From Minisyncoccia bacterium (GTDB lineage: Bacteria; Patescibacteriota; Minisyncoccia; Phycocordibacterales; UBA9973), in NCBI GenBank assembly GCA_049317285.1, contig JBMOIO010000002.1, positions 15,312-79,311 of the forward strand: 64,000 nucleotides of DNA, in the 5' to 3' direction. A program made the translations under genes and the position numbers. Of the stretch, positions 9,898 to 19,839 are shown one piece after another. Every line of letters starts with the position of its first letter. Position 1 is the stretch's first letter. The notes under the pieces were generated by a model that saw only the letters and a list, made by a program, of their open reading frames with translations, ran no database searches and had not been told where the DNA came from.

Positions 9898-10629
9898 CTA
9901 GAGAAGGCTTGCAAGTGTATAGTCTTGAATGAGACCAGTCTCCTCGCCTTTTGAAAACACCTTTTTATACTTGGCGCCTTTTTTTCCTTTGACACGAGCT
10001 TCGCACTCGGCCCATGTTTTGTCCGCATATACCTTTCCACCAACAGAAGAGACGTACGAATACGCGGGACCTGTCTCTTTTTTTGTCCCCGGTTTTTTTG
10101 CAGGCTTTTGCACTGACTTTGGCGGAGTATCCATAAGTTGCTGTTCGTATGCTTTCAGAGTTCCGCTAAAAATCGTATGACTGTTTTTCAGTGCGGCTGC
10201 AACTGCAAGCTCGTCGCACCGGTCATTGTATTGGTGCCCGCTATGCCCTTCCACTTTTATAAGTTCAAGTTTTTTTCCAAAGTGATCACGAAGCTCCAAT
10301 AGCGCCTGCCACTGACTTTTGTTTTCAACCGGTTTTTTAGTGGCAGTGAGCCAGCCATTTCTTTTCCATCCGTCGAGCCAACTCTTGAGACCCTTCAAGA
10401 CATAGGTTGAGTCGGCATGCACCAACACTGTCGCATCGGGAAAGTGCTTCTGTACATATTCCAACCCTTTCTCAACTGCCATCAATTCCATTTGGTTATT
10501 GGTCGCAGGGGTAACATTGCCAGCAAGTTCAACCGCCTTTGTATCAGTCATCACTATTGCCGCCCACCCGCCTGGCCCTGGGTTTCCGCGCGACGCGCCG
10601 TCAGTATAAATCGTTACCGTGTTTTTCAT
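9898..10629 (-). CDS. rnhA: ribonuclease HI with C-terminal hybrid-binding (Cauli_VI-like) domain
   Basis: RNase H fold motifs IYTDGAS, ELMAV, VHADS, EGHSGHQYNDRCDELA; C-terminal YSYVSSVGGKVYADKTWAECEARVKGKKGAKYKKVF matches the RNase H1 HBD consensus. Confidence 0.85.
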   Translation of the reverse strand: MKNTVTIYTDGASRGNPGPGGWAAIVMTDTKAVELAGNVTPATNNQMELMAVEKGLEYVQKHFPDATVLVHADSTYVLKGLKSWLDGWKRNGWLTATKKPVENKSQWQALLELRDHFGKKLELIKVEGHSGHQYNDRCDELAVAAALKNSHTIFSGTLKAYEQQLMDTPPKSVQKPAKKPGTKKETGPAYSYVSSVGGKVYADKTWAECEARVKGKKGAKYKKVFSKGEETGLIQDYTLASLL

Positions 10630-10673
10630 GCCTGTAGTATAGCAAATAAAAAAGGCAGACTTACTGCCTTAAT

Positions 10674-11039
10674 TTAAACTTTCATTCCGAAAAAACTCTG
10701 AAGTCTTTTCTTCCTCGCATAGAGATATCCTAGAACATTATATTCTCCAGGATATGATTTAGGACCCGATTTTTCATCACAATAAAGCTGGTATGAAGTC
10801 ACCCCCTCTTCATCAGATGAAACTTCTATAGAATTCTGCATACCGGGGCCAAATTTTCTACTGATCCTAATTTTTTCAATTTTTCCCGTTTCTTCGCATT
10901 GTTCAATAATTTCAAAATGATTCAATTCAGTAAAAGATACAATATCTCTAATATCTTCAGCAATTAATTTTATAAGCTTATTTTGCTTATAAATTACACT
11001 ACTAACGATACCTACTGTATTACTAAGTTCATCTATCAT
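10674..11039 (-). CDS. hypothetical protein (AT-rich island)
   Basis: 121-aa ORF in a segment visibly more AT-rich than its flanks; no recognisable domain. Confidence 0.4.
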   Translation of the reverse strand: MIDELSNTVGIVSSVIYKQNKLIKLIAEDIRDIVSFTELNHFEIIEQCEETGKIEKIRISRKFGPGMQNSIEVSSDEEGVTSYQLYCDEKSGPKSYPGEYNVLGYLYARKKRLQSFFGMKV

Positions 11040-11091
11040 AAGAGCTATAATTAAAAGGTTTAATTTCTCCCTTTATAGCACAAAGTTTACT

Positions 11092-12732
11092 CTAGAGCAC
11101 TTCTCTAATACGAAGTCGCACTCCGCTTCGGAAACCGGGTTCGAGGGTTGCGGTGAAAGAAATAATTTCGCCCGCGGCACACTGTGCACACAATTCATCG
11201 CTCGCAAAAAAGGTAAATGCTGTCATGTTCGCTGTAGCATCCTTCACCACGCATTCCAAATGCTCGCGGGTTTTGCCAAACTTCTTCGCGCTGACAATCG
11301 TTACATCTTTAAACAAAAACAGTGGCTCTGGGTTCCCTACGCCAAACGGCGCGAAGCGCCGAATCACCTGATGGTGGCGAGTAGTCGCAACAGCAAGCGG
11401 CACTTCTATTGGCGTATGCGCAATCACTGCTTTTTCGGTGTCCCCAACTTTAGCGATAGCAAGATTTAGGGATTCTTCCAAAAAGTGCACCTGGTCTTTA
11501 CTCACAGAAAACCCGCCCGCTGCCTGGTGCCCTCCCGCGTGGAGAATCGCGCCTTCAGGAAGCGCTTGAAACAAATACGCTGCGTGGTGGACTGCGATCA
11601 TCCGGCACGAACCCTTCAGCATTCCATCTCCTGCTTCACCCCACACAAAAAAGCTTCGCTCGTATGTTTCTTGAAGTTTATTTGCAACCAACCCTAAGAC
11701 TGCCGGGCGCCACGATGGGTCCCCTATTACTACAATAGCGGGTAGCTCGCGCGTCGAAAGCCGTGCATGCGCTTCTTTTACAATGCGCGCCACCAATAGC
11801 TTTCTTTCGTTGTTTATCTTGTCGAGTTCAGTAACGATAGTCATCGCCTCTGCTCGGTCCTCAGTTGCAAGCAAATTGAATGCGAGCATCGGGCTTCGCA
11901 TACGAGATGCAGCGTTCAGTCTCGGCGCGACAGTAAAGGTCAGATCTGTTTCTGAAAGCGTATCCATCATCAGTCCATTGTTTGCAAAAAGTGTTTTCAA
12001 GCCCACACGGCGGGTCTTCTTCATCACCATCATGCCGTAGGCGACGAGCAATCGGTTTTCAGCAGTCAACGGCACCATGTCCGAAAGTGTTGCAAAACCC
12101 ACCATGTCGAGGAGCCATTTTTCCCAGCCAGCCACTATGCCGTGGTCCTTTCCATATTTTTCTAAAAATGCGCGGACGAGCGTAAAGGCAACTCCGGCAC
12201 CGCAAAGGTCTTGATTTTCATAACTCCCTTTTGCCGGGTGCACCACCGCGTACGCTGCCGGATATTCTGGAAGCGGTGCATGGTGATCAGTCAGGATGAC
12301 ATCTATCCCACGACTCTGCGCGTCGGCAACTTCAGCGAGTGCGGTGATGCCGACATCCACCGTGAGCATCAATGTCACCCGCTGTTTTTGCAGTTCGTTG
12401 ATACCGAGCACACTCACACCATATCCTTCATCATGGCGGTCCGGAATATAGACGCGCACATAGTCTCCCACTCCAAGCGCTTTGAAAAAGTCCAGCAAAA
12501 TTACTGCAGCCGGAATACCATCGCAGTCATAGTCCGCATAAATGCCGATGAATTCTTTCGCATCCACAGCAGTCTTGATGCGCTTAACCGCACGTTCCAT
12601 ATCCTCAAATTTCCACACGTCGCCAAGGGTATATTCAGGAAAAAGAAAAGCTTGCTCCGCTTCTTTAGTAAGACCCATACGGGTAAGTAACATCGCCTGG
12701 AGTTCGTCCGGCGTGGGAGTAGTGGGTTCCAT
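11092..12732 (-). CDS. recJ: single-stranded-DNA-specific exonuclease RecJ
   Basis: 546 aa; DHH family motifs YADYDCDG, TDHH; DHHA1-like C-terminal region. Confidence 0.85.
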   Translation of the reverse strand: MEPTTPTPDELQAMLLTRMGLTKEAEQAFLFPEYTLGDVWKFEDMERAVKRIKTAVDAKEFIGIYADYDCDGIPAAVILLDFFKALGVGDYVRVYIPDRHDEGYGVSVLGINELQKQRVTLMLTVDVGITALAEVADAQSRGIDVILTDHHAPLPEYPAAYAVVHPAKGSYENQDLCGAGVAFTLVRAFLEKYGKDHGIVAGWEKWLLDMVGFATLSDMVPLTAENRLLVAYGMMVMKKTRRVGLKTLFANNGLMMDTLSETDLTFTVAPRLNAASRMRSPMLAFNLLATEDRAEAMTIVTELDKINNERKLLVARIVKEAHARLSTRELPAIVVIGDPSWRPAVLGLVANKLQETYERSFFVWGEAGDGMLKGSCRMIAVHHAAYLFQALPEGAILHAGGHQAAGGFSVSKDQVHFLEESLNLAIAKVGDTEKAVIAHTPIEVPLAVATTRHHQVIRRFAPFGVGNPEPLFLFKDVTIVSAKKFGKTREHLECVVKDATANMTAFTFFASDELCAQCAAGEIISFTATLEPGFRSGVRLRIREVL

Positions 12733-12911
12733 AGAGCCATTATACCACGCTCTATTTTACCAACATCCTGAAGAAAAATACCAATAGTCCTTGAGAACCG
12801 ACTAACGGAGGCTGTCTGAGCCGAGTTGGAACAAAAAATCAGCAGATTTTTATGTGTGCGGTTCGAGAGGAGCTATTGGTATTTTTTGAACAGGAACCCT
12901 ATAATAAAAGC

Positions 12912-13304
12912 ATGAACGACACTATATTTGGCAAAATTATCCGCGGAGAGATACCGGCGACAAAAGTCTACGAAGATGCCGACTGTTTGGCATTTATGGA
13001 TATCAACCCCGTTGCGAAAGGCCATGTACTGTTAATACCAAAAGCGCATTTCGTCTGGATGCAGGATGTTCCCGATGAGATTCTTGCACCCCTCTTTGTG
13101 CAAGCAAAGCGATTAATGACCGCTATGAAAGAATCTTTGGAGTGCGACTATGTACAAGTATCGGTCGTCGGAAAAGATGTTCCGCATTTTCATATCCACC
13201 TCATTCCTCGCTATATGGATGATGAATTGCACGGATGGCGCACCGGCACCTATGAAGAAGGAGAGGTAAACCACTTTGCAGAAAAAATAGCCACTGCACT
13301 GTAA
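12912..13304 (+). CDS. HIT family protein
   Basis: start reset to MNDTIFGKII; histidine triad HFHIHLIP. Confidence 0.85.
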   Translation: MNDTIFGKIIRGEIPATKVYEDADCLAFMDINPVAKGHVLLIPKAHFVWMQDVPDEILAPLFVQAKRLMTAMKESLECDYVQVSVVGKDVPHFHIHLIPRYMDDELHGWRTGTYEEGEVNHFAEKIATAL

Positions 13305-13340
13305 AATAAAAATTCCCAAGGTTTAAAAGCTTGGGAATTT

Positions 13341-14480
13341 TTATTTTAGCGCCTCTATGCCAGGAAGGGTTCCGTTTGCGAGATAGTCGAGGGTTGCTCC
13401 TCCGCCTGTTGAGACAAAGATTCGTTTTGAGGTAGTGTCAGTGAGAATTTTCTCGAGTGCAGCTCCGGTATCCCCGCCCCCAATGACTGCAGTCGCTTTT
13501 GAAGCAACAATTGCTTCAGCGAGAGAAACAGTTCCTTTCGTAAACCCTTTTTCATACCAGCCAGTCGGGCCGTTCCATACGACAAGCTTTGCCTTTTCTA
13601 TTTTTTCTGCAATGAGTGCAATACTCTGGGGACCGATATCAGCAATAATGTCGCCCGCTTCCACTTCGTCCGGTGTCAGCGTTACCTTTTTTGTACCTCG
13701 AGCGACAATAACATCAATTGGTAATAATAGTTTTGGATTACCTAAGAGCGGTTTAATCGCTTTGTCATATCCTTCTTCTACTACTGACTTCCCTACAAGA
13801 AATCCTGCTGTCTTGTAGAAATTATTTAAAATTGCTCCACCAATAACAACATTGTCCGCTGTTTCAGCAAAGCGTTTCAGAAGTGGAATTTTTGTACTGA
13901 ATTTTGCACCACCGAGAATAAAAAGAAAGGGGTGTTTTGGATTTTTGACCACCGAAGAAAGCGCTGTCACTTCGACTTGCAACTGCATTCCAGCATACGC
14001 TGTAAGGATTTTAGGGATACCAACGATTGACGCATGCTTTCGATGAGACACCGAGAACGCATCGTTTACATACGCGTCGCCATATGAGGCAAGCACTTTT
14101 GCAAAAGCCTGTTGAACCTTTTTGTCGCCAGTCTCTTCCCCCTCATACCGTCGAATATTTTCAAAAAGAATCACTGTCCCTTTTGGAACTTCTGCCACTA
14201 TTTCATGCGTTCGCTTGTCCGCAAGGTCGCTTGTAATAAACACTACTCTGTAGCGCTTTGAAAGAACTCTTGCGATAGGGCGCAAGCTTTCTGTACCGTC
14301 GCCTAAGTGCGCAAGAAGAATCGGAGCCCCTCCTTTTTTCAATACTGTATCAATAGTACGATACGACGCTTCTATACGGCGGGTGTCGGCAACTTTTCCG
14401 TTTTTTAGAGGAACATTAAAGTCCACACGAATCAGTACTCGCTTGTTTTTTATATTGGAAATTTTTTGCACTGAAATCAT
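13341..14480 (-). CDS. pgk: phosphoglycerate kinase
   Basis: start reset to MISVQKISNIKNKRVLIRVDFNVP; PGK N- and C-domain motifs. Confidence 0.9.
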   Translation of the reverse strand: MISVQKISNIKNKRVLIRVDFNVPLKNGKVADTRRIEASYRTIDTVLKKGGAPILLAHLGDGTESLRPIARVLSKRYRVVFITSDLADKRTHEIVAEVPKGTVILFENIRRYEGEETGDKKVQQAFAKVLASYGDAYVNDAFSVSHRKHASIVGIPKILTAYAGMQLQVEVTALSSVVKNPKHPFLFILGGAKFSTKIPLLKRFAETADNVVIGGAILNNFYKTAGFLVGKSVVEEGYDKAIKPLLGNPKLLLPIDVIVARGTKKVTLTPDEVEAGDIIADIGPQSIALIAEKIEKAKLVVWNGPTGWYEKGFTKGTVSLAEAIVASKATAVIGGGDTGAALEKILTDTTSKRIFVSTGGGATLDYLANGTLPGIEALK

Positions 14481-14493
14481 ATGTATTAAAAAG

Positions 14494-15246
14494 TTACTGC
14501 AGAGATTTTGCGAGTATGCCAAAGCGCTTTGCGTCGAGGCTCACCCGCCCCACCAAGAGCCCCTGCACGGTGCCTTCAACAACAAACTGTTTTGCATTGT
14601 GTTCGTTGACTGATCCGCCGTATAAAATGGTGATACCTGCTGCAAATTTTTCTCCATGAACATCGCGAATAAGTTTACGAATATAAATCACCATCTCTCG
14701 GCATTCGGCCGGTGTTGCTTCGCGCTTTGCATTTTTACCAATCGCCCAAATAGGCTCATACGCAATAACAATAGTCTTAAATGCAGCCTTTGATACACTT
14801 GAAAGGAGGAGGTCGAGCTGGTCTTTCACTATACTCAAATACCACCCCTGTGCATCGCGCTCGCGCTCTCCAATGCAAACGATCGGGGTGATTTTTTTCT
14901 CCAATAACCGCACTACCTGCGCCTGTACTATCTCGTTGGTTTCTCCGCGCTCCCGACTCTCGGAATGCCCGACAATGCAGTACTCGGCTCCTACCCCCTT
15001 TAGTTGAGCTGCACTGACCAAACCAGTATGAGGAGCTTCAGTTTCAACAGAAACACTCTGCGCTCCAACCATAAGCGGTACATGCGCAAGCTTGAGCACT
15101 GGGGCTAAGTGTACAAATGAAGGGCACACCACTACTTTCACCCCTTTTTTATAGGTGCGCGCAAAGAGTGCTGTTTTTTTTGCCAGTTCGAGTGCTTGTG
15201 CGAGCTTTTCGGGGGCCATTTTCCAGTTTCCGACCAGTAGTATCAT
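14494..15246 (-). CDS. tpiA: triosephosphate isomerase
   Basis: 250 aa; VGNWKM, GHSERR-like GHSESRE, IVCIGE, AYEPIWAIG, GGSV. Confidence 0.9.
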   Translation of the reverse strand: MILLVGNWKMAPEKLAQALELAKKTALFARTYKKGVKVVVCPSFVHLAPVLKLAHVPLMVGAQSVSVETEAPHTGLVSAAQLKGVGAEYCIVGHSESRERGETNEIVQAQVVRLLEKKITPIVCIGERERDAQGWYLSIVKDQLDLLLSSVSKAAFKTIVIAYEPIWAIGKNAKREATPAECREMVIYIRKLIRDVHGEKFAAGITILYGGSVNEHNAKQFVVEGTVQGLLVGRVSLDAKRFGILAKSLQ

Positions 15247-15267
15247 GAGCGTAGTATAGCAGATTTT

Positions 15268-17043
15268 CTATATCTCTTTCCATGTCTCAATATTCCATGA
15301 CCCGCTCGGACCGCTTGAAAAATTCATATTGGCAAGCCCTGATTCATAGGTGACTGTTGTTGAACCGCTGAGTGTAATAGATCTGCCCGTTGCCTGTTTT
15401 GCTCGAGCGCTCCCACTAAAGGAAACAGTGCCGTTTTGTGCGACAAGAACAACCGCTCCTGCACTCCCACTAATATCGATTGCTCTTGCACCGCCACACG
15501 AAGAACTGATCGGGCAATCTGAAAGAGAGATGACTAAAATATAACTTCCCGCTGTCCCAGATCCGCTTACCGGCGAACTTCCAGCGATGGTCACAGTACC
15601 GTCCACAATGATAACTCCACTCGACGAGCCATAGGCGCTTGAAAGTCGTAAGATTCCTGAACCGTTCACTACCAAGTTTCCAGTGACCCATAGTGTACCA
15701 GTGACGTTGAGGATTCCACTCCCTCCAACCGTCAAGTTTCCATTGATTTTTTTAGGACCAATACTTTGTGTTGAAGAACCGCCAACAGAAACACTTGAAG
15801 AAGTCCCTCCGAGCAGTGCCTCTTCTTGCCACGCTTCAATATTACCGTCTGATACCGGCCACGCAGAGGGCGCAGGCACGGCTTGTGTGGTGTTGCAGGC
15901 TTTATTGTTCCCCGTACCGCTTTGGCAATACAAGGTACCAGGAGCAGTCACGTTATCAATAGTTTGCGCACTGGCGTTTCCGGTGCCACTTGTACCGATA
16001 CGCAGCCGATTGAACTGACTGTCGCCATAAATGCGCGATGTTTGTCCTCCGACATAAAGGGAAAAATAACTATCGAGTGTACTTGGCGTAGTGGCGGACC
16101 ATGTTGCGCCGTAGCGACCTATCTTTGTACTACCATTTGCATAGCCGTTCGTATTTGCACCCACTGTATAGTAGTTGGTTGAAGAATTGGCCGCATCGAT
16201 CACGAGCCAATAGGTGGTGCCGGGAGTAAGGCTTGGATTACTTGCGAACTGCACGTTTACCCACCCATACGCAGTTGTGACCAGGGACGCAGAAAGTGCA
16301 CCAGAAGCAATCGTAGTAGCTCCGGGAGACCCGGCTGTCTCTGAGACAATGCGAACCGTTGCATTTGCGGGAACACCAGTCTTTTTTATGTAAAACTGTA
16401 CCTTACTGATAGGAGTGTCAGTAGCAACTGTAAAACTTTGTGCGAGGTCTTGCGTAGCGGTCGCATTCCCAAAAATAATAGAAGACGGGGGTGTGCCAGT
16501 AGAGCCATTTGACTGCTCTGCAGTAAGCGCTTCCCCATTTGCGGCATATACAGAACCTGTCACAAAGGTGCTGGAAGTTCCGTACACATCTCCGTTTGAA
16601 TAAATACTACCGTTGATACCAGAACTCCCCGACATTGAAATCCCTCCAAGACCGACTTGTAAGCCATAGTTAAATGCAGCCCCAACGCCCTGTGAGACAA
16701 CCATGGACACTGTACGATTTCTGTCGCGTGCGTCCCCGACAGATTCAATCTGTTTCTGCCCACCCGAAAGATCCGTGACACTTGTTGTTGTTTCGCTTGT
16801 TCCGAGCACCAGCGTATCACTGCTTGAAACCTGCATTCCGCTTCGCAGACGGTACAGCACATCCTCTACACCGCTCTCTGCAATAAAATAACTCTGCTTG
16901 GACTGGAGCGAGTCTTCCGCAATGCGATTTGCGTGGAGTACTGGCACAACGAGACCAAGTGCAATAGAGAGCGAGAGTGCAACAAAAAGCACCATGGTAA
17001 TAATCAGAACACTTCCTTGTTTGTTGGAGATTGTTTTTTTCAT
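15268..17043 (-). CDS. PilX-like type IV pilus assembly / pilus-tip protein, large S/T/G-rich ectodomain
   Basis: N-terminus KQGSVLIITMVLFVALSLSIALG...ANRIAEDSL resembles PilX_N; followed by ~550 aa Ser/Thr/Gly/Asn-rich beta-type sequence. Confidence 0.55.
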   Translation of the reverse strand: MKKTISNKQGSVLIITMVLFVALSLSIALGLVVPVLHANRIAEDSLQSKQSYFIAESGVEDVLYRLRSGMQVSSSDTLVLGTSETTTSVTDLSGGQKQIESVGDARDRNRTVSMVVSQGVGAAFNYGLQVGLGGISMSGSSGINGSIYSNGDVYGTSSTFVTGSVYAANGEALTAEQSNGSTGTPPSSIIFGNATATQDLAQSFTVATDTPISKVQFYIKKTGVPANATVRIVSETAGSPGATTIASGALSASLVTTAYGWVNVQFASNPSLTPGTTYWLVIDAANSSTNYYTVGANTNGYANGSTKIGRYGATWSATTPSTLDSYFSLYVGGQTSRIYGDSQFNRLRIGTSGTGNASAQTIDNVTAPGTLYCQSGTGNNKACNTTQAVPAPSAWPVSDGNIEAWQEEALLGGTSSSVSVGGSSTQSIGPKKINGNLTVGGSGILNVTGTLWVTGNLVVNGSGILRLSSAYGSSSGVIIVDGTVTIAGSSPVSGSGTAGSYILVISLSDCPISSSCGGARAIDISGSAGAVVLVAQNGTVSFSGSARAKQATGRSITLSGSTTVTYESGLANMNFSSGPSGSWNIETWKEI

Positions 17044-17044
17044 A

Positions 17045-17593
17045 TTATTGACTACGCAACAGCACGGTTGAATAAAATGACGCTGTTCTCACTACTCCGC
17101 CAGTTGTTGCGAGCGTGAGCTCTACTTTTACCCCCTCTCCGGCCGGTGTCGTAATTCGGCGGAACACCATAGCTGAGACAGTCACTTGGTTTGTCGAAAG
17201 AATACCAGTAGTACTGTTTTCGGTTATAGTTACTGCGCCATTAGAAACACCAAATACGACCGGTGTTCCAGCATTGAGAAGAGTAATAGCCCCGGGGTGC
17301 TGGCCAAATGTTCCACTCGAAATACTCTCGGCGTCGCGCACTTCGCGAGTAATTCGCTCAATAATGAGTTCTCCGTTGTTCTGTAGGCGCCGAAAGCTCG
17401 CGGCATTTGCATAGGTTCGCATCAGCACCACAAGCGAATGGACTAGTAGTACAGAAATCATCGCAAAGAGCGCAATATAAATCAGCAATTCAAGCAATGA
17501 GTACCCCGCAGCCCCCCTTCCTGAAAGGCGAGAGAGTTCATTGTTTTTTTTCCAGAAGGCGGACAACCCTTTGTTATTATGTCTATGCTTCAT
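17045..17593 (-). CDS. type IV prepilin-like minor pilin
   Basis: class III signal ...GAAG/YSLLELLIYIALFAM. Confidence 0.65.
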   Translation of the reverse strand: MKHRHNNKGLSAFWKKNNELSRLSGRGAAGYSLLELLIYIALFAMISVLLVHSLVVLMRTYANAASFRRLQNNGELIIERITREVRDAESISSGTFGQHPGAITLLNAGTPVVFGVSNGAVTITENSTTGILSTNQVTVSAMVFRRITTPAGEGVKVELTLATTGGVVRTASFYSTVLLRSQ

Positions 17594-17594
17594 A

Positions 17595-18128
17595 CTATTC
17601 TCTGATATTGCTTATATAAAATGCCAATGCCTTTGTCTGTGTTCCGGAAGATGCCGACCAGGAAACAGTGACTGTCACAAGCTTTGTCCCGGAGTCCAAG
17701 GTTCCGGTTGCAGAAATATCATCAGAGGCATCACGAGAAACAGCGGAGAGAACAACCGTGCGCGTAAAGCGGTCGACTACACCCGGAGTTTCCGTAAGTG
17801 TCCATACAGTCCCATTGTATGACAAATAGTAAGGAGTGCCTGGGGTAAGGGCGGCAATACTACTCCAGGACGCGTCACGAATCGATTTTGTTGCCTCGGC
17901 TCCCTCTTCAAGTAAGTACGACACTTGCGTACGCTCAAGTGCACGCTTCGAGACTTCAACCGTGTTTTGTATAGAGCCGATAAGGAGAATCAGCACCACC
18001 GCGATAATAGACGAGGCTATAATTACTTCTATAAGAAAAAATCCCGCCTTCGCCGCGCCATAGCCCGAAAGGGCGGAGGCGGGCTTTGTTCGGCTTCGGC
18101 GCGGCAAGCCGCGTGGATAAAAATTCAT
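17595..18128 (-). CDS. type IV prepilin-like minor pilin
   Basis: KAG/FFLIEVIIASSIIAVVL prepilin N-terminus. Confidence 0.65.
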   Translation of the reverse strand: MNFYPRGLPRRSRTKPASALSGYGAAKAGFFLIEVIIASSIIAVVLILLIGSIQNTVEVSKRALERTQVSYLLEEGAEATKSIRDASWSSIAALTPGTPYYLSYNGTVWTLTETPGVVDRFTRTVVLSAVSRDASDDISATGTLDSGTKLVTVTVSWSASSGTQTKALAFYISNIRE

Positions 18129-18136
18129 AAATCAAT

Positions 18137-18589
18137 TTAGTTTCTCGCAACAGTTCCGTTAGCAGTAACGGTAATAGTGCGGGTCGTGCTGCTTGGTAAT
18201 TGCAATTGCAGTGTACCATGCTGTGCAGTTGTTCCTCGCAATCGATCAAATGTTATTTCGGAGCCGCCACCAAAAAGCGCAACAGTTCCGAGTACTACTG
18301 GAGACTCGTAAAGAAAAATTTGATTCGTGCCGGACGTACTTTGATATGTTGATCCTTGAAAGAGGATTGCACGATCCGACTCGAAACGCACACCGTAGTT
18401 GGTGTTGTTAGTTCCTGCAAGTGTCTTTGCACGCGCTTCATTGATTACGGTGAGCACTGCATTGGTCGTATTTTGGAGCGCTTGTTCGCGTCTGAAACGG
18501 ATAACAGGGAGACTTATAACACCCACCAATACTGCGAGAATGGTCAGGACAATCAAAAGCTCGATAATAGTAAAACCTTTTGTGCTCAT
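18137..18589 (-). CDS. type IV pilin (prepilin N-methylation-type N-terminus)
   Basis: MSTKG/FTIIELLIVLTILAVL. Confidence 0.75.
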   Translation of the reverse strand: MSTKGFTIIELLIVLTILAVLVGVISLPVIRFRREQALQNTTNAVLTVINEARAKTLAGTNNTNYGVRFESDRAILFQGSTYQSTSGTNQIFLYESPVVLGTVALFGGGSEITFDRLRGTTAQHGTLQLQLPSSTTRTITVTANGTVARN

Positions 18590-18590
18590 A

Positions 18591-19796
18591 TTATTGAATA
18601 CTATCCATTAGCGAATACATTGGGGAGAGCATCGAGATTGCAAAAAATCCCACTGCCCCTCCGATAAAGATCATCAGTACCGGTTCAATAATAGTTGAAA
18701 GGTCTTTTGTTTTTGCATCAACTTCGGCTTCGTAAAATACAGCAATATCGAGAAGCATACTTGCAAGCTTCCCTGTTTCTTCCCCGACCGCCACCATCTC
18801 GCCGACCATCACCGGATAGAGATTCGTGTGCCGCTGCAGTACACTCGACATTGTTTCTCCCTTTTCGACCTGACTCTCAATTTCCGCAAGCACGGCCTTA
18901 TAGTAACTGTTTTGCAGCACATCCTTCGTAATACCGAGGGCCCGAGAAATACTCACTCCTGCAATCAGTAGGGATGAAAGGGTGCGGGCAGTGCGGGCGG
19001 CATTTACTTCCTGCACTAATACTCCCACAACTGGAATGCGAGTACTACTATAGTCTAAAAAGGTGCGAACTGCTGGGCGTTTCAGTGCGAAATACCCACC
19101 AGTCACTATCAGGGAAATACCAAGGAGGAGAAGGCCGATATGATTTGATATCATATCTGATACCCATACCACAATACGAGTTGAAGTAGGCAGATCCACA
19201 TTCAACTCCTTAAAGGTCTTTGTCAGTACAGGAACAATATAAATAAACATCAGTATGCCAATAATAAATATCGCGACAATAATAATTGCCGGATACATGA
19301 GTGCACTTTTGACCTTGCGGTTGAGATTGTAGCTCTTTTCAAGGTTCCCGCCGACCTCCATCAATGCTTCAGGTAATCCTCCTGACTCTTCTCCTGCCTT
19401 TACCATCGCAATAAAAAGACTTGAGAAAGTATTGGGGAACTTTGAAAGTGCGCTTGAAAAAGTCTCTCCATTATCAATACTTGCAATCAATGATTCAAAA
19501 ATTGTTTTAAAATAGCTGTTAGTGGTCTGTTTTTTCAAGACAACCAATGCTCGGGCAAGTGGAAGTCCTGCACGAAGCATGCCTGCGAGATTCTTTGTAA
19601 AAATAATCTTCTCACTGAGCTTAACCCGCTTCATCATACCGTCAAGCGTAAATGTTTTCTTCTTTTTTTCTACAACAGTGATAGGTGTAAGCCCCATCTC
19701 GCGCAGTGTAATTATCGCCTCGGTTTTACTGGACTCTTCTATCACCCCTTCGGTCATTGCGCCGGTTGCATTTCGAGCCGTATAAGAAAATACCAT
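18591..19796 (-). CDS. pilC: type IV pilus assembly platform protein PilC (GspF family)
   Basis: 401 aa; two GspF repeats; three TM segments. Confidence 0.85.
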   Translation of the reverse strand: MVFSYTARNATGAMTEGVIEESSKTEAIITLREMGLTPITVVEKKKKTFTLDGMMKRVKLSEKIIFTKNLAGMLRAGLPLARALVVLKKQTTNSYFKTIFESLIASIDNGETFSSALSKFPNTFSSLFIAMVKAGEESGGLPEALMEVGGNLEKSYNLNRKVKSALMYPAIIIVAIFIIGILMFIYIVPVLTKTFKELNVDLPTSTRIVVWVSDMISNHIGLLLLGISLIVTGGYFALKRPAVRTFLDYSSTRIPVVGVLVQEVNAARTARTLSSLLIAGVSISRALGITKDVLQNSYYKAVLAEIESQVEKGETMSSVLQRHTNLYPVMVGEMVAVGEETGKLASMLLDIAVFYEAEVDAKTKDLSTIIEPVLMIFIGGAVGFFAISMLSPMYSLMDSIQ

Positions 19797-19839
19797 ACAG
19801 TCAGTGTAACAAGGAGTGGGGTACTATGCTACCAGAGTA

